64,000 nt of DNA from a virus (lineage: Duplodnaviria; Caudoviricetes). The notes below the pieces were generated by a model. That model worked only from the letters and a program-made list of their open reading frames with translations. It did no database searches and was not told the DNA's origin. Numbering within the stretch: the stretch's first letter is position 1; every line of letters starts with the position of its first letter. The stretch lies in the IMG/VR virus record IMGVR_UViG_3300037837_000037, positions 7,694 through 71,693 of that record. One strand, 5' to 3'. The translations under genes and the position numbers were made by a program. This document shows positions 45,501 to 56,500 of this stretch, in pieces.

Positions 45501-48500
45501 ATTCCTATAATCAGTATCACTTTCTAATTCACCTTGAGTAGGTAAACTATCTTTAGCTTTTGCAAACAAGTTCCTTATAAGAACATCTACAGCATCTCCC
45601 GTTTTCTTATTCTTCTTCTGAGAAACGTAATCTATTATTTTATCAGCTAGTTTTTTAGAAGAATCATCTTTATTATCTTGAATCTCCTTTTCTACATCAA
45701 CATTATTAAGAACCTTTAAAATATCACTATCAGACAAGTCTCTACCATGCTCCTTTTTAAAATACTCTTTCAATGCAGAAGCAACCTGAGATACTTTTAG
45801 CATACCTGACTGAACATAAGTCTTAGCTATATCACCAGCATACTCTATTCCTTCAGGAGTTAACATAGGGATTACAGATGAGAAGAATATGTTCTTTCCC
45901 CCCTCTTTAAAATCCTTTTTAATTTGCTTCCTTTTAGCTTTTAATTCAGCTCTCTTAGTACTAAAACTATTCTTTTTATCAGTTTTCTCTTGAGCTGTTT
46001 TTTTAGCTGCTTTTTCTTTCTTAATATGTTCTTCAATAGCCTTATCTACAGCGTCCTTAAATTGAGGATGAGAAGATATATCACCAACTTCATCAGTAAG
46101 CTCAGTCCTAGCTTCATCTAACGTTTCCTTAGAAGCAACCTCGTCTTTACCTTGCTTGTCAGCGATTAAAGAATCTCTATGAGACTTAACCCTGTCTTGA
46201 ATCATTACAGTCTCAGTAAACGCAGTATATACCATAGCGTCCATTATATTATCTGGAGCCGTAATACCTAAAGCTTGAAAAGACCTACCTAAAATTTCAG
46301 CAATCTTTGTTTTTCTTATATTAACATCTGTAGCGTCATTTACACGACCTTCACTTTGATAAAGCAAAGCTGCTCCGTCCATAATCCAAACACCTACCTG
46401 ACCATACTTTAAGAAGTTACCCTCTACATCAGCTAACAACAACTCTAAACCACCTTCTATTTGAGAGAAAGCTTGAACTAATTGTATAGCTTGATCTTGT
46501 GACCATTTATTACTAATAGCAGTATATCTAATACTGTCATTTATCTTTAACTTATTCTTAACGTCGGCACTAATATTAGGGCTAGTTAATAAGGTTTCTA
46601 TATGCTTATTCAGCTTCTTTGTATCAGAAGGTTTGCCTTGTGATAAATCATCTCTAACCTCATGTAAAGCATCGTAAGCTTCATCTAATTCGTCTTTTAT
46701 TCCTTTTTTCTCTTTTTTACGCTCTTTCTTTTTAGCTTCTCTCGCTTCTTTTTTAGTTCCCTCAACTTTAGCTTTCTCAATCTTAGCTAACTCGTTAATA
46801 TCTTCAGAAGCTTTGATTAAAGCAGGGTTTATTTTCTCTTTTATCTTCTTTCTCTCCGCAGGCAGTTTCTTCTTATACCAATCAGACTTTTTGATATGAG
46901 CTAAACCTTCAGCTACAGCAGCAGCCGTTGAACCTCCAGCATAAATAGACTTAGCCATAATCTCTACAGCAGCATTCCAAACAAGGTCAACTCCTATTGT
47001 CGCTTTCATGTCTCCTGGAAGCTTGATTTTAAGCTTCCTAACAGCTTCAACGAAAGAATCTGTATTATCTTTTATCTTTTGCGCTTGACTTTGCTCCTCA
47101 GCTTTAGCTTCCATTTCAGCGTTCATCTCCTCTTCAGATAACACCTCTTCTTCAGTAAGCTCTCTTGTACTAACCTCGTTAATAAGAAGTGCAGTTAACC
47201 CACCTTTACCGTCTGAAATTTCAAACACTCCTTTTTTTCTAGCATCAGCCAAGCCAGCTATTACTCTTCTAGCACTTACAGATGTTAGATTACCTTTCTT
47301 AATTTGCTTCACCCCAGCTTTTATATCTCCAGCACTTAATCCAGTACTCCTTAAACCAGCAAGATGTATTCTACCTGTAGTAGCATCACCATCCAATAAA
47401 CCGTTATTAACCTCTCTCTCAGCCCAAGTCTCATCTGTACTAGACACTTCTTGAGAAACCCATTCGTTAACATCTTTCGGTGAAAACTCATTAGATTCTT
47501 TTATCTTCTTACCATCAGAATCAGTAACTTTTATCTTCTTACCGTCTTGACTAATAGTTCTTTTTTGCTCTCCAGACATTTTCTGGATTTTAGCTAATAA
47601 CGCTTGACCTTCTTTGCTTTTCTTTTTAGCATCAGTCATTTCGTTATAATTAACAACCTCCCTGACAAGTGAGTTATTTCTACTCTCAGCTTTTTTAGCA
47701 GCTTCTAACTTAGCGTCAGCTTTTGCTTGTTTTGCTTCTGCCTTTAATTTCTTAGCTTCAGCTTTAGTTTCTTGTTCTGTTTTAACCTCTTCTTTGGTTT
47801 CTCCCGCAGTTTCGGTTTCGGCAACCGTTTCAGTAACTTCAGGTGTTGTTTCTGTCGTTTCAACTTCAGATTCAACCGCTTCAGGAACAACCTCTTCCAC
47901 AACCTCCTCAGTAACACCCGCTGCTTTATCTAAATTCGCTTGAACCGCTGCGTTAGGATTCTTGATAACCATATTAGATAACTGCTCTGGAGTCATCTTA
48001 GCTACCTCTTCTTTAAGATAGAACTTACCTTCTTTATTAGTATATTTTGACTCTCCAGAATCATCAATAGTTACTTCAGCAGGTTCAATAACAACTTCAG
48101 CAGTTGGTTCTGTTACCGCATCTTCAGTAACACCACCTTTAGTATCTTTAGCCTCTACCGATTCGTCAGTAGACCTATCAGTAACTACTTCAACAGGAGC
48201 CTTAGACTCTCTAAATAATTCAAAACTTTGATTCTTTCTTAATTCAGAAAACTCCTCTTTAGTTAACACCCTTTCATCACGACTCAGCGTAGTATGTACT
48301 TTATCTTCACCGTTTAAATTAACGGTTTTTTCCTGATCACTATCTACGGTAACATGAACGTTAAAATCCTTATCAATCTTATTTATTTTATAAGACTCAT
48401 TCACCACCTCTCTACCGTCAGAACTAGTTACAGATACGTTAAATGTATCACCCCCTTTTACAGGACTCTTCTTATCAGTTACTTTAGTAAAAGTACCTTC

Positions 48501-51032
48501 TTCAGTTTTAACCCCTTTATCAACTTCACCAGCAGCTTTTCTGTACTCTTTAGCTACCTTGTCCATTATGCCATCAGCTTTCTCCATGTCATAACCACCC
48601 TCTACCAACTTCTTCCTTACATCACTGTAAGCACCTTGAATACCAAAGATACCCCCTGATAAACCAGTCAATATAGCAAACTCAGTAACAGCATCCATAT
48701 CAGGAAACTGTTTCTTTAACTCCTCAGACATTCCTTTTAAAGAATCTGAAGAGTTGTAAGCTCCGACAATAGACTGTATACTTTCCTCTGTAATCTCAGC
48801 AGCAGATCTTGTTGCAATCTTAGTAGCAAAATCTAAAGCTGCTTTTGAAGTAAGCCCCATACCCTTAATAAACATAGGTACATACTTCATCCCTCCCGCT
48901 TTTAATAAATTCTCAAAAGCTTTAGAACCTATTTCACCTACAGCAAATTGCTTAAACTCTAATTCCTCTCTATCGTTAAATATCCTACCAGAAACATCAG
49001 CGTTAACACCAGCTTGTAAACCTGAAAAAAGAAGCTTACCAGCTTTGCTTTTATTTAACACTTTCTCAACCTTAGTTAATGCTTTAGCTATTTTACCAAC
49101 TTTCATTGATTTTAAAACTCCAGTACCACCCATAAGGTGAACCATCATAGCAAAAGAACCACCTGTAGTACCAGCGAACTTCTGCCACGTTACACCTTTC
49201 TCAGGAGTAGCAACTAAATCAGTCCAAGCTTCTAAATTCTCTTTTAAAACACCTTCACCTTCAGCTATTCCGTACTCACCTAATGTACCAACAAGTTCAG
49301 CGGATTTAGTTGTGTCAGATTGCTTACCTGAAGCTCTAGCCATATTAGGAACTAAATGTCCAGCAAAACTATTCATAAGTTCATCCCAATAATTAGGACT
49401 AGCATAAGCTGTGTTATTCAAAAAGATGTTAGTTAAATCATCCATGTCACCCTTCATCTGCATAGCATCAATCTCCATAGGAGTTAAGCTACCCAATATC
49501 TCTCCAGAAAAATCAACACCTAACACGCTTTCAATACCTAAGAAATCTCTAAAGGTATTTTCTATAGTAGCATCGTATTCTCCCGTTTCAGCATCCAATA
49601 AATCAGCAGCTAAAAGACTATTCATAGTAGCCTCTTTTAACGCAAGATAAAACACATCAAACTTCTCTTTAGAAGAAAGGTTTTCAGGTATATCTTTAAG
49701 TATCTCTCTATAAAGATTATATTTTTCAGTACCCTCTTTTACATCATCAAAAACTAAGTCAGCAGTTTTAGCACCATCCTCTTCAAAGAAAGCTCCTACT
49801 GACCGTTCTCTTTTATCAATAAGGTCAGTTATAACCTTTTTCTCAGCAACCGTCAAGCTCTCGTTCTCTTTAACAAGTTTAGCTTTTAAATCACTTATTT
49901 CTTCATTAACGCTGTCATGCTTCTTATCTAAGAAAACTTGCTTCTCAGCTTGAAGACTATTCACTTCATTCATCTTCTCAGATAATGAACCTGCAATAGC
50001 AGCCACTTCTTCAACACTCCTCATAGCAAAACGCTTCAAGTCAGTATCAGTAAGCCTATTTCCTAAAACTTTATTATCCTTAGCTATTTGATCTAATAAA
50101 TCCTTCTTGTACGCAGCTATTTCTTCTGCCTTGTTTTCAGATTTATTTATAGCAGCTAGTTTTACATACGCATTGTTCGGAGTTGTAGTAGTTGCTAATG
50201 CACCCAATATAGACTCCTTACTCGTAGCTTTAGCTAGTTTTTTATTAAAACCATATTCCTCCTTAGCTTCTTTGCTAACAAAAGAACCTTTAGCTACCTC
50301 ATTCTTACTATTAGTTATATAACTCTCGTAATCACCCCTAGCATCTCTCTCAATAGCAGATACATGTCCTTTTAAGACGTTCTCAAGACCTTTTTGCTTC
50401 TCAGCTTCGTAGTTATCTAATAAATCTTGTTTGCCCTGTAAGGCTATCTCTCTAGCAGCTTCTTTTTCTTGCTCAGAAATATTAACATCATCCTCAATTT
50501 CTTTAAGGGTAGCTTCAATATCTTTCTCTGTAGATAACTTAGGTTTTAAAGCTTCTTGCAATTGATTATAAACTTCCTCACCCTTTTTTATACCCATAGG
50601 GTCCTCAGCCTTTTTAGCTTCAGTTTCAGAAAGCTCTTTTTGTAAAGCTACTCTCTCGTCCTTAATATTATTAAAATGAGTAGGGTTTAAGTACCTTGAA
50701 AAGTCCTCACCAGAAACGCCTAGGTCATCTTCTTTTAATTGAGAATCCAATCCAGATTCTTGAGAAGGTAATACCGATTGAAAAGATTGTGCCTCCTGAC
50801 TTTCTTCTTCTATTGGTGCTTGGTTTTGCGCCACTACCGCTGGTTCTTCTGTTACCTTTTCTGCTATCGGTGTGACTGCCTCCTTTTTTGGCTGTGCTGG
50901 TTCTACTACAGGTCCAAAATCAAAACCTATTTCCTCTTCTACTTCTTTTGATGTTGAGATACTTGGTTCAACCCCTTTTGAAGGTCCAAAATCAAAACCA
51001 ATATCATCGCTATACTCTTCGTCTTTTGCCAT
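42591..51032 (-). CDS. giant (2813 aa) internal virion/ejection protein
   Basis: helical and charged; follows two smaller cargo-like genes; no RNA polymerase motif recognised. Confidence 0.65.
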   Translation of the reverse strand: MAKDEEYSDDIGFDFGPSKGVEPSISTSKEVEEEIGFDFGPVVEPAQPKKEAVTPIAEKVTEEPAVVAQNQAPIEEESQEAQSFQSVLPSQESGLDSQLKEDDLGVSGEDFSRYLNPTHFNNIKDERVALQKELSETEAKKAEDPMGIKKGEEVYNQLQEALKPKLSTEKDIEATLKEIEDDVNISEQEKEAAREIALQGKQDLLDNYEAEKQKGLENVLKGHVSAIERDARGDYESYITNSKNEVAKGSFVSKEAKEEYGFNKKLAKATSKESILGALATTTTPNNAYVKLAAINKSENKAEEIAAYKKDLLDQIAKDNKVLGNRLTDTDLKRFAMRSVEEVAAIAGSLSEKMNEVNSLQAEKQVFLDKKHDSVNEEISDLKAKLVKENESLTVAEKKVITDLIDKRERSVGAFFEEDGAKTADLVFDDVKEGTEKYNLYREILKDIPENLSSKEKFDVFYLALKEATMNSLLAADLLDAETGEYDATIENTFRDFLGIESVLGVDFSGEILGSLTPMEIDAMQMKGDMDDLTNIFLNNTAYASPNYWDELMNSFAGHLVPNMARASGKQSDTTKSAELVGTLGEYGIAEGEGVLKENLEAWTDLVATPEKGVTWQKFAGTTGGSFAMMVHLMGGTGVLKSMKVGKIAKALTKVEKVLNKSKAGKLLFSGLQAGVNADVSGRIFNDREELEFKQFAVGEIGSKAFENLLKAGGMKYVPMFIKGMGLTSKAALDFATKIATRSAAEITEESIQSIVGAYNSSDSLKGMSEELKKQFPDMDAVTEFAILTGLSGGIFGIQGAYSDVRKKLVEGGYDMEKADGIMDKVAKEYRKAAGEVDKGVKTEEGTFTKVTDKKSPVKGGDTFNVSVTSSDGREVVNESYKINKIDKDFNVHVTVDSDQEKTVNLNGEDKVHTTLSRDERVLTKEEFSELRKNQSFELFRESKAPVEVVTDRSTDESVEAKDTKGGVTEDAVTEPTAEVVIEPAEVTIDDSGESKYTNKEGKFYLKEEVAKMTPEQLSNMVIKNPNAAVQANLDKAAGVTEEVVEEVVPEAVESEVETTETTPEVTETVAETETAGETKEEVKTEQETKAEAKKLKAEAKQAKADAKLEAAKKAESRNNSLVREVVNYNEMTDAKKKSKEGQALLAKIQKMSGEQKRTISQDGKKIKVTDSDGKKIKESNEFSPKDVNEWVSQEVSSTDETWAEREVNNGLLDGDATTGRIHLAGLRSTGLSAGDIKAGVKQIKKGNLTSVSARRVIAGLADARKKGVFEISDGKGGLTALLINEVSTRELTEEEVLSEEEMNAEMEAKAEEQSQAQKIKDNTDSFVEAVRKLKIKLPGDMKATIGVDLVWNAAVEIMAKSIYAGGSTAAAVAEGLAHIKKSDWYKKKLPAERKKIKEKINPALIKASEDINELAKIEKAKVEGTKKEAREAKKKERKKEKKGIKDELDEAYDALHEVRDDLSQGKPSDTKKLNKHIETLLTSPNISADVKNKLKINDSIRYTAISNKWSQDQAIQLVQAFSQIEGGLELLLADVEGNFLKYGQVGVWIMDGAALLYQSEGRVNDATDVNIRKTKIAEILGRSFQALGITAPDNIMDAMVYTAFTETVMIQDRVKSHRDSLIADKQGKDEVASKETLDEARTELTDEVGDISSHPQFKDAVDKAIEEHIKKEKAAKKTAQEKTDKKNSFSTKRAELKAKRKQIKKDFKEGGKNIFFSSVIPMLTPEGIEYAGDIAKTYVQSGMLKVSQVASALKEYFKKEHGRDLSDSDILKVLNNVDVEKEIQDNKDDSSKKLADKIIDYVSQKKNKKTGDAVDVLIRNLFAKAKDSLPTQGELESDTDYRNKLIKAMQEQTFAKEVWDSSRNTIVDILNNKEANGIISGGEKGKILKDLESLFGDEVGMPFSKSLLDSSLKEQIKSDGEKINDIVAEHYSAVKKNGKGIDTVKEKARSLAEKIVADTDLTPTQADELAASLEKQFGKLIEPYARKALAKVLGVPDLTDEALNEVLKSDKVTVENIIKAINMGALTEDAFLDAFATRFGFASLTGTDAQKLNAFIYDISHLPERSVARDKAFINFRTYMNSLEADNKNWLERYYHGVITSYFYQHILGTASTTLRSVYGLTWGGGLQLLTEFLKNPKLFTKGLRAMFTKEGNLHGKTFQNFRVMSSILKGFKNLGPDIIKDAWKEGYIPYESALEGAKEANTSLGVLDQLANAEWKDLSTAKKIAKLYETPGSKMLRLLFASDAVAHYSVRQGHVVIGAYNKILREGNYSSTKTKEFWEELDRRTGNTDAARKTAELQVDLELAKLKAAGVDTKNFRKKQRVQEVIFDLLEDDIKVQAEQKSMEMRLGHHPKGSFGFVYDKLSTFLSNVPLAMFVIPFLKIPLNLADAATDYVPVLGLKKALFGRGNVMKAMNKTSFGSTYVSDELVKKSVAGKEFIAENRMDYLVKQGIGTAAAGALIYAVTSTFDLPDDDEDKRIEITYKGKGSFEDNQKLEDEKGLKQFHFRFKYPGTNQWSGWIDYRDSPLGPTLAFAGGMSDKLKYDREDYNTVVTNEEMWDAVDVAKMNALFFFKEQNFLQAVGDVFKIINNEETAGNKTKKYIADQIVRGAKGVAMPSFYSQAYSWKTSLFNEFKKANVDIKDSDWALSYMADKISTNVPFLDHLKEDYKDNLGQKVRVSNKIPLTSDDILKSFQDIVGIDSDKSNSWNYLMSGTNLKKNDIVPDFTKGKKFVYVSNDKKEIPTEVRDSFKEEYDSRVLAEYIKEFKGDEGKTLMKDLKKDDAKYKVYLQKLRKSVKDEMLYGEKSKWRKITYK

Positions 51033-51039
51033 TATACTT

Positions 51040-52962
51040 CTATTTCTTATTGTTATAGTGATTCGCTATCATCTTTTCCGCTTCTTCATTAGATACATTC
51101 TGTTGTTTAGCTGTTTTCGCTACTGAAGCAGCATAAACCTTAGGGTCTTTCTTTAAATCTTCTAAAGTAGCTGGACGACTAACCTTCTTAGCTTCCGCTG
51201 CTTTTCTCTCAGCTTCTTTTTTTGCTTTTATAGCAGCGTCTTTATCAATTCTACCTTGGTTTTTTATAAGCTTTGATTTCTTCTTCCCTTCCCATTGATC
51301 AATCTCAGCGTCATACATTTCATTAATAACCTCTTGGTCAACTTTTAAATCTTCACCAATAGTACTATTAAGAATAGTGTTATACTCTCTAAAACTAGCA
51401 CGTTTGTTTAAATCTAAATAAGCAGTTTTTGTTCTCCCGCCTTTTTCATAAGTCAATTTTACAGCATTAGTATCTTTGTACTTAGCTGCATCTCCTAAAT
51501 AAAAATTCTCAATAGCGTCCTCTTTTGACATATCAATAGTCTCTTTAAGGCCAGTAGGACCAACTACATGAATTAAGTTAGTGTTGTTCTTATCAATTGA
51601 CACAGATTGTAAATCACCTTCAAGACCAGCGTTTGATAACTCACTATTAAACTTATTCAAAAGCTCTTCTTTAAACTCGGAAGTTTCAATCCTCTTAGTA
51701 TCCCATATCTTACCTTTATTAACAGCGTCTTTATTTTGATCGTAAAAATCAGTTAAATTAGTAGATGCTGACCTTATCTCTGTGTAATCATCAGGACTAG
51801 ACATGCTTGACTTAGTAACAATACCTCCAGCATACTTACTTCCAGCAAGACTTTCAGCTAAAGCTATAGCTTCAGGACTACTAGGATCTAAAGAACCTCT
51901 CTTTATAGTCTTGTACCTTTGTTGCGCCCTTTCCGCTGCCGTCTTTCCTTTACCAGCAGCAGCACTTACTTGAGGTTTGTACTTATGCTTTTTAGTCTTC
52001 TCAATCCCCAACATACTGCTTAACCTATCTATAATATCTTGTTCCTTTATAATATTATCGTCATGGTATCTCCCCGCAGCAGTTGCTGTTTCAGATTTAG
52101 CATACGCTTTAATTCTCTCTGTCCAATCGTGAGTTTCTTCAACCGTTAAACCTCCATGCTCAGGAGTAAGTAAAGCTGTTATATCAGCTTTCATTTGACT
52201 AACAACTTTGTTCTTAGCTAAATGAGCATCTAAATCATAACTACCGTTAAACTTATCTACAAAAGGTCTTAAATCCCCAAGCTTACCAGAAACAGCATCA
52301 GTTGTTCTGTTCTGAACTTCATAAGCTAATTTTTGAGTTTCAGGAGAATGAATAACGTCACCACCTACCTCTTTATTCTTAATTACATTAGCAGCTTTAT
52401 CAAAAATAACATTAGACTCAGTTGCTAAAACTTCAAAGTTTGACTTTTGTTGAGCATATAATTTCCCTATTTCACTACCAGGATCATTAAGCATCACATC
52501 CCAATTATCAGGACTAATAGTTTGAGCAGTTTTAATAAACTCACTATTCATCTTATTAAAGTCATCGTTAAGACCTCTTTGATATAATTGATTAGTTAAT
52601 TTACCAGCTTTTCCTGGATCAAATTTAGCTTGTCTAGCAGCTCGTTTCTTAGACGCTTCAGCTATAGCCTCCTCTTTCTTGTTTAAGATGTTGTAAGGCA
52701 CGTATTGACCTGCTGCAACGAATATAGGTTGAGTTCCTAAAGTCTGACTAGTAGAAGAACCAACGTTAATCTTCTGGTCCATACCAGGAAACATATCATC
52801 GTTAGTTATGTTCGCTTGTGCAGCTTCTTGTTGTCTCTGTGCAGAATCTATATCAGCTTGTGCCGATTGACTAGCTAAAGCAGTCTCTGCTACTCCAACA
52901 TTTGCTATGCTGTTATCCGCACTCGGGCTTGGAGTTATTATATTTTTATCTGGTACTGCCAT
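51040..52962 (-). CDS. internal virion (cargo) protein
   Basis: 640 aa, Q/A-rich helical N-terminus, position after the muzzle gene. Confidence 0.55.
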   Translation of the reverse strand: MAVPDKNIITPSPSADNSIANVGVAETALASQSAQADIDSAQRQQEAAQANITNDDMFPGMDQKINVGSSTSQTLGTQPIFVAAGQYVPYNILNKKEEAIAEASKKRAARQAKFDPGKAGKLTNQLYQRGLNDDFNKMNSEFIKTAQTISPDNWDVMLNDPGSEIGKLYAQQKSNFEVLATESNVIFDKAANVIKNKEVGGDVIHSPETQKLAYEVQNRTTDAVSGKLGDLRPFVDKFNGSYDLDAHLAKNKVVSQMKADITALLTPEHGGLTVEETHDWTERIKAYAKSETATAAGRYHDDNIIKEQDIIDRLSSMLGIEKTKKHKYKPQVSAAAGKGKTAAERAQQRYKTIKRGSLDPSSPEAIALAESLAGSKYAGGIVTKSSMSSPDDYTEIRSASTNLTDFYDQNKDAVNKGKIWDTKRIETSEFKEELLNKFNSELSNAGLEGDLQSVSIDKNNTNLIHVVGPTGLKETIDMSKEDAIENFYLGDAAKYKDTNAVKLTYEKGGRTKTAYLDLNKRASFREYNTILNSTIGEDLKVDQEVINEMYDAEIDQWEGKKKSKLIKNQGRIDKDAAIKAKKEAERKAAEAKKVSRPATLEDLKKDPKVYAASVAKTAKQQNVSNEEAEKMIANHYNNKK

Positions 52963-52965
52963 GAT

Positions 52966-53589
52966 TTAAACTATTGTTTTTTTCTCCCCAAGCTTTTTAA
53001 GCACTTCAATTAACGATTTAGCTAACTCAGGAGTTGCTCCTTCTGCTCCTCCTCCGTCAGTAGGTGTTAACGAACCTATTCCAGCCATCATATTACCCAT
53101 TCCAGTCTGAACAGCGTTAGCACCTTCCCCTCTACGCTGAACACTTTTAAACTGCTTTAAATCTATAATCTTTTGATTAATCTCTTTACTAATCGCATTA
53201 GCTGTATTACTCATTGCTAATCCTCTCTCTCCCGCTTGAGCAAAAGCTTTATTCTTAATATTCCCACCTTGCGTCTGAGCTTGTAACAACGCAGAAACAG
53301 TTCCAGGAACATTACCTCCAGTTACGGTAGCTAATTGTTTTTGAGTAGCTGTTGTAGATTGGTCAGCTGATTTTATAGCTTCTTGAGTAGTAGTGTCTGT
53401 ACCAGAAGCTAATTGCTTAGTTTTTCTTTTAGCATCTTCTAAAGCTACATTTCTTGAGGTTAAGTCTTCAAGTCCAGGAGCCATTTTGTCAGCTTCCTTC
53501 ATTTTCTTTTTACCAATCGCAGCCTGTATCCCTCCGAACACAGCACCTCCAGCTTTTAGTGCTGTTGAAATCGTTAATGGATCTATCAT
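52966..53589 (-). CDS. small internal virion/ejection (pilot-like) protein
   Basis: MIDPLTI..A..AGGAVFGGI amphipathic N-terminus, A/Q/G-rich. Confidence 0.6.
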   Translation of the reverse strand: MIDPLTISTALKAGGAVFGGIQAAIGKKKMKEADKMAPGLEDLTSRNVALEDAKRKTKQLASGTDTTTQEAIKSADQSTTATQKQLATVTGGNVPGTVSALLQAQTQGGNIKNKAFAQAGERGLAMSNTANAISKEINQKIIDLKQFKSVQRRGEGANAVQTGMGNMMAGIGSLTPTDGGGAEGATPELAKSLIEVLKKLGEKKTIV

Positions 53590-56500
53590 TATTTTATCGC
53601 TTTAAAAGTGATTACTACGTTCTTGACCACAAAATCCTCCTCTAAATTATGGAATATTTTGTAAATCAACAACCTATCTTGTAGCCTATCTTGTGTTGGT
53701 GACACTGCTAGATCTTTTCTAGGTATCTGTTGCGTGTATCCGTCATACTTCTTTAAGTAGTACTGACCTTGGATAGCAGGGTCTAATGCACACAATGTAT
53801 TACTGCTAATATCCTTAAATTCCACCCTAGTAGGCTTATTGTCAGAATTAACATTTATTTTGATATACTCCTTTTCTTTTTGAGGAGATACCGATGTTAC
53901 TTGTTCAACTTCAAAGTTTATTGGAAGCGCATCTATCTTAGTTCCTTTATTAAGTTCGTAAGTCTGCGCATCCTTCATTCCGTACATCTTATCTTTTATT
54001 GATAAGTATTTATCAAAACGGAAATCAAAGTTAGAAACCCAAGCAGATGAATTAAAAGAATAAACAAACGAATCTTCAATTAAAGACACTTGGTTAGTTA
54101 CATTAGGGTCCTGATATTCTAATTGAACCAAAAACTCATTATAGTCCTCATCGTAATATGCAGTCACTCTACTCTTTTGGTCTGATTCAACTCCCTTTAA
54201 AGCTTTCCTAATCTCAGTGTAATAAGCATCTCTTCCAATATCTTTTATCTCATTGTTAACTAACCTATAAACAGACATGTCATTAGAAAATATCAAACCT
54301 TCAATCCTCTCTTGCTCCCCATCTTCTTTACCAGTAGCTGAAGTCTTTTTAATAGAAATAGACCCTTCTGCTGCTCCCCGCCACATATTGTCATTGCTAC
54401 CAATGTTTCTATCTAACCAATATTGGCCTTGAACAAAACTATTACCAGTAAACAATCCTATTTCAGCACCCGTAGTATCGCTAAGAATAGATTTCTTATG
54501 TAACAGCAAGCATACCCCTCTTTCCAAAACAGCGTATAAATTACTTCCTTTACCCGTTTGAGCATCATAAGCTAAGTTTATTTGACCTTGAGCATCTTCT
54601 AATACAACCGCATTTAACGATTGGAAAGATTTTAACCCTGGAGAATCTTGTTGAGTTATTGATCTAGGTAAAGACCATGCGACACCCGTACAAAACTCAT
54701 TCTCTTCTTTAAAACCAAAATCAGGTTTACTTACAAAATCAGTAGGACTTTGCTGTGAATAGTCAAGGTTAAAGTTTTGCTTAAATCTAAAACCTCCATA
54801 ATTCCAATTCAAATACTCATCACCATAATCTTTCTGATATTGAGGATGTATGTTATTTTTCTCATACCCATTCTCTACACTTATATCAAATTCGTCAGCA
54901 TCAAAAAGATTAGGACGCATTACATAGTGAGTATTAGGAAAGAACTCATTAGGATAGTTTTCATTATATGCAAAGTGAGTAGCTATCTTACTCTCTACAG
55001 TAAACGTCACGCAAAGCTGTCTTAGAAACTGTATTGATGCTTCATTATCGTTCTGAACATAGTTAAACGAAGCAGACTTTGTATCTCTAATAATGTAATG
55101 CCTAGGGTTTACAGCGTAACCTAAATAAGGGAATCCAATATTAAAAGGAAAACCTTTATTTACAACATTTCCATTAATACCATCCACAAAAGAGTTTGAA
55201 GACCAAAAACCCCACTTATCAATATCAACCTGTCTATCTATTGGAGAAAATATCGTTTCACCAACAGTAGTGTCACCACCAAAAACCTTAATAGGAGCGT
55301 TTTCATCATACTTAGTAAGTAAAACACTTCCCGTTGGAATTTGATTAAAACCAGGAACGTTTAGCAATAAATAAATCTCATTTGCAGATACTACATTATG
55401 ATTATAAACTCCATATACGTTTATAGCAGAAGGTAACGTGTGAAAACCATTAGTTAATATATCATTAACAATAACCGTTTGCTGAGCTGCCGATTCATAA
55501 GTGTAGTTATACCAAGGCAAATCATTACCCGCAGCATCTCTCACATAGATAAATCTTTCTTCTCCCGCAGTTGGATCACCCGCAGCTAATGCAGGAATAC
55601 AATCTTCCCACCTCTCATCTATCAACTCAATACTAGGATTAAGACCAGCAGAAGGGTCAGCAATAATACTCTCCATTTTAACATAAGCACCAGTGTCTCT
55701 ATACTGATCAATGTTCTGATCTATAACATTAGCACCCTTTTGAATTATATTAACAATATAAAAAGGCTCCGTGAAATCTTTCATTCCAACATTCTGAAAG
55801 TCATTACCACCACCAGTACTAGGATGATTATAAATCGTTTCTTGAGTAGTCATGCTAAAATAAGAACCCCTACCTTCTATAACTTGCTCAAATCCAGTAA
55901 GAGTAGCTAATCTATTACCCCCATCAGGTGTACTAAAGAAACCTCCATTTACAGGGTCTGAATTTCTATATTTATTATAAGCAGTGTAGCCACCATTTCC
56001 AATAATAGTCTCTAAAGGATTAATCGTTTTACCCACTATAGGTCCATCTTTTAAAACCCTAGCGTAAGTCATAAGATCACATTGCCTATCCTCACCGCCA
56101 GTACCTTCATCAAAAGAATACAGTTCAGATGCAAAACCTAAAGGAGATACAAACTCTAAACTGTAATTCTGAGGGAAATTTTGAATGTCATCAATAAGAC
56201 TTTGATTTACAACTCCCTCATCTATATCTGGAGAATAAAACCAAAACTTCTCTTGGTCCTTCCTTGCTAATTTGCTAAATCCAGTCGCTGTAGTTTCAGC
56301 AGGCAACATAGAATACATTCCTAACCCTTGACAAACGACCCTATTAGCTCTTTCAGTCCTAACTACAGTAAAAGACTTAACCCAATCAGGAATAGTATTC
56401 TTATCAACACCGTTCAAAGCAATTCCTTTACTAAAATAGTTTAACCCAAACATGTCAGGTTCGTATTTTATACCAGCATTGCCATCATGAACTGAAGTTG

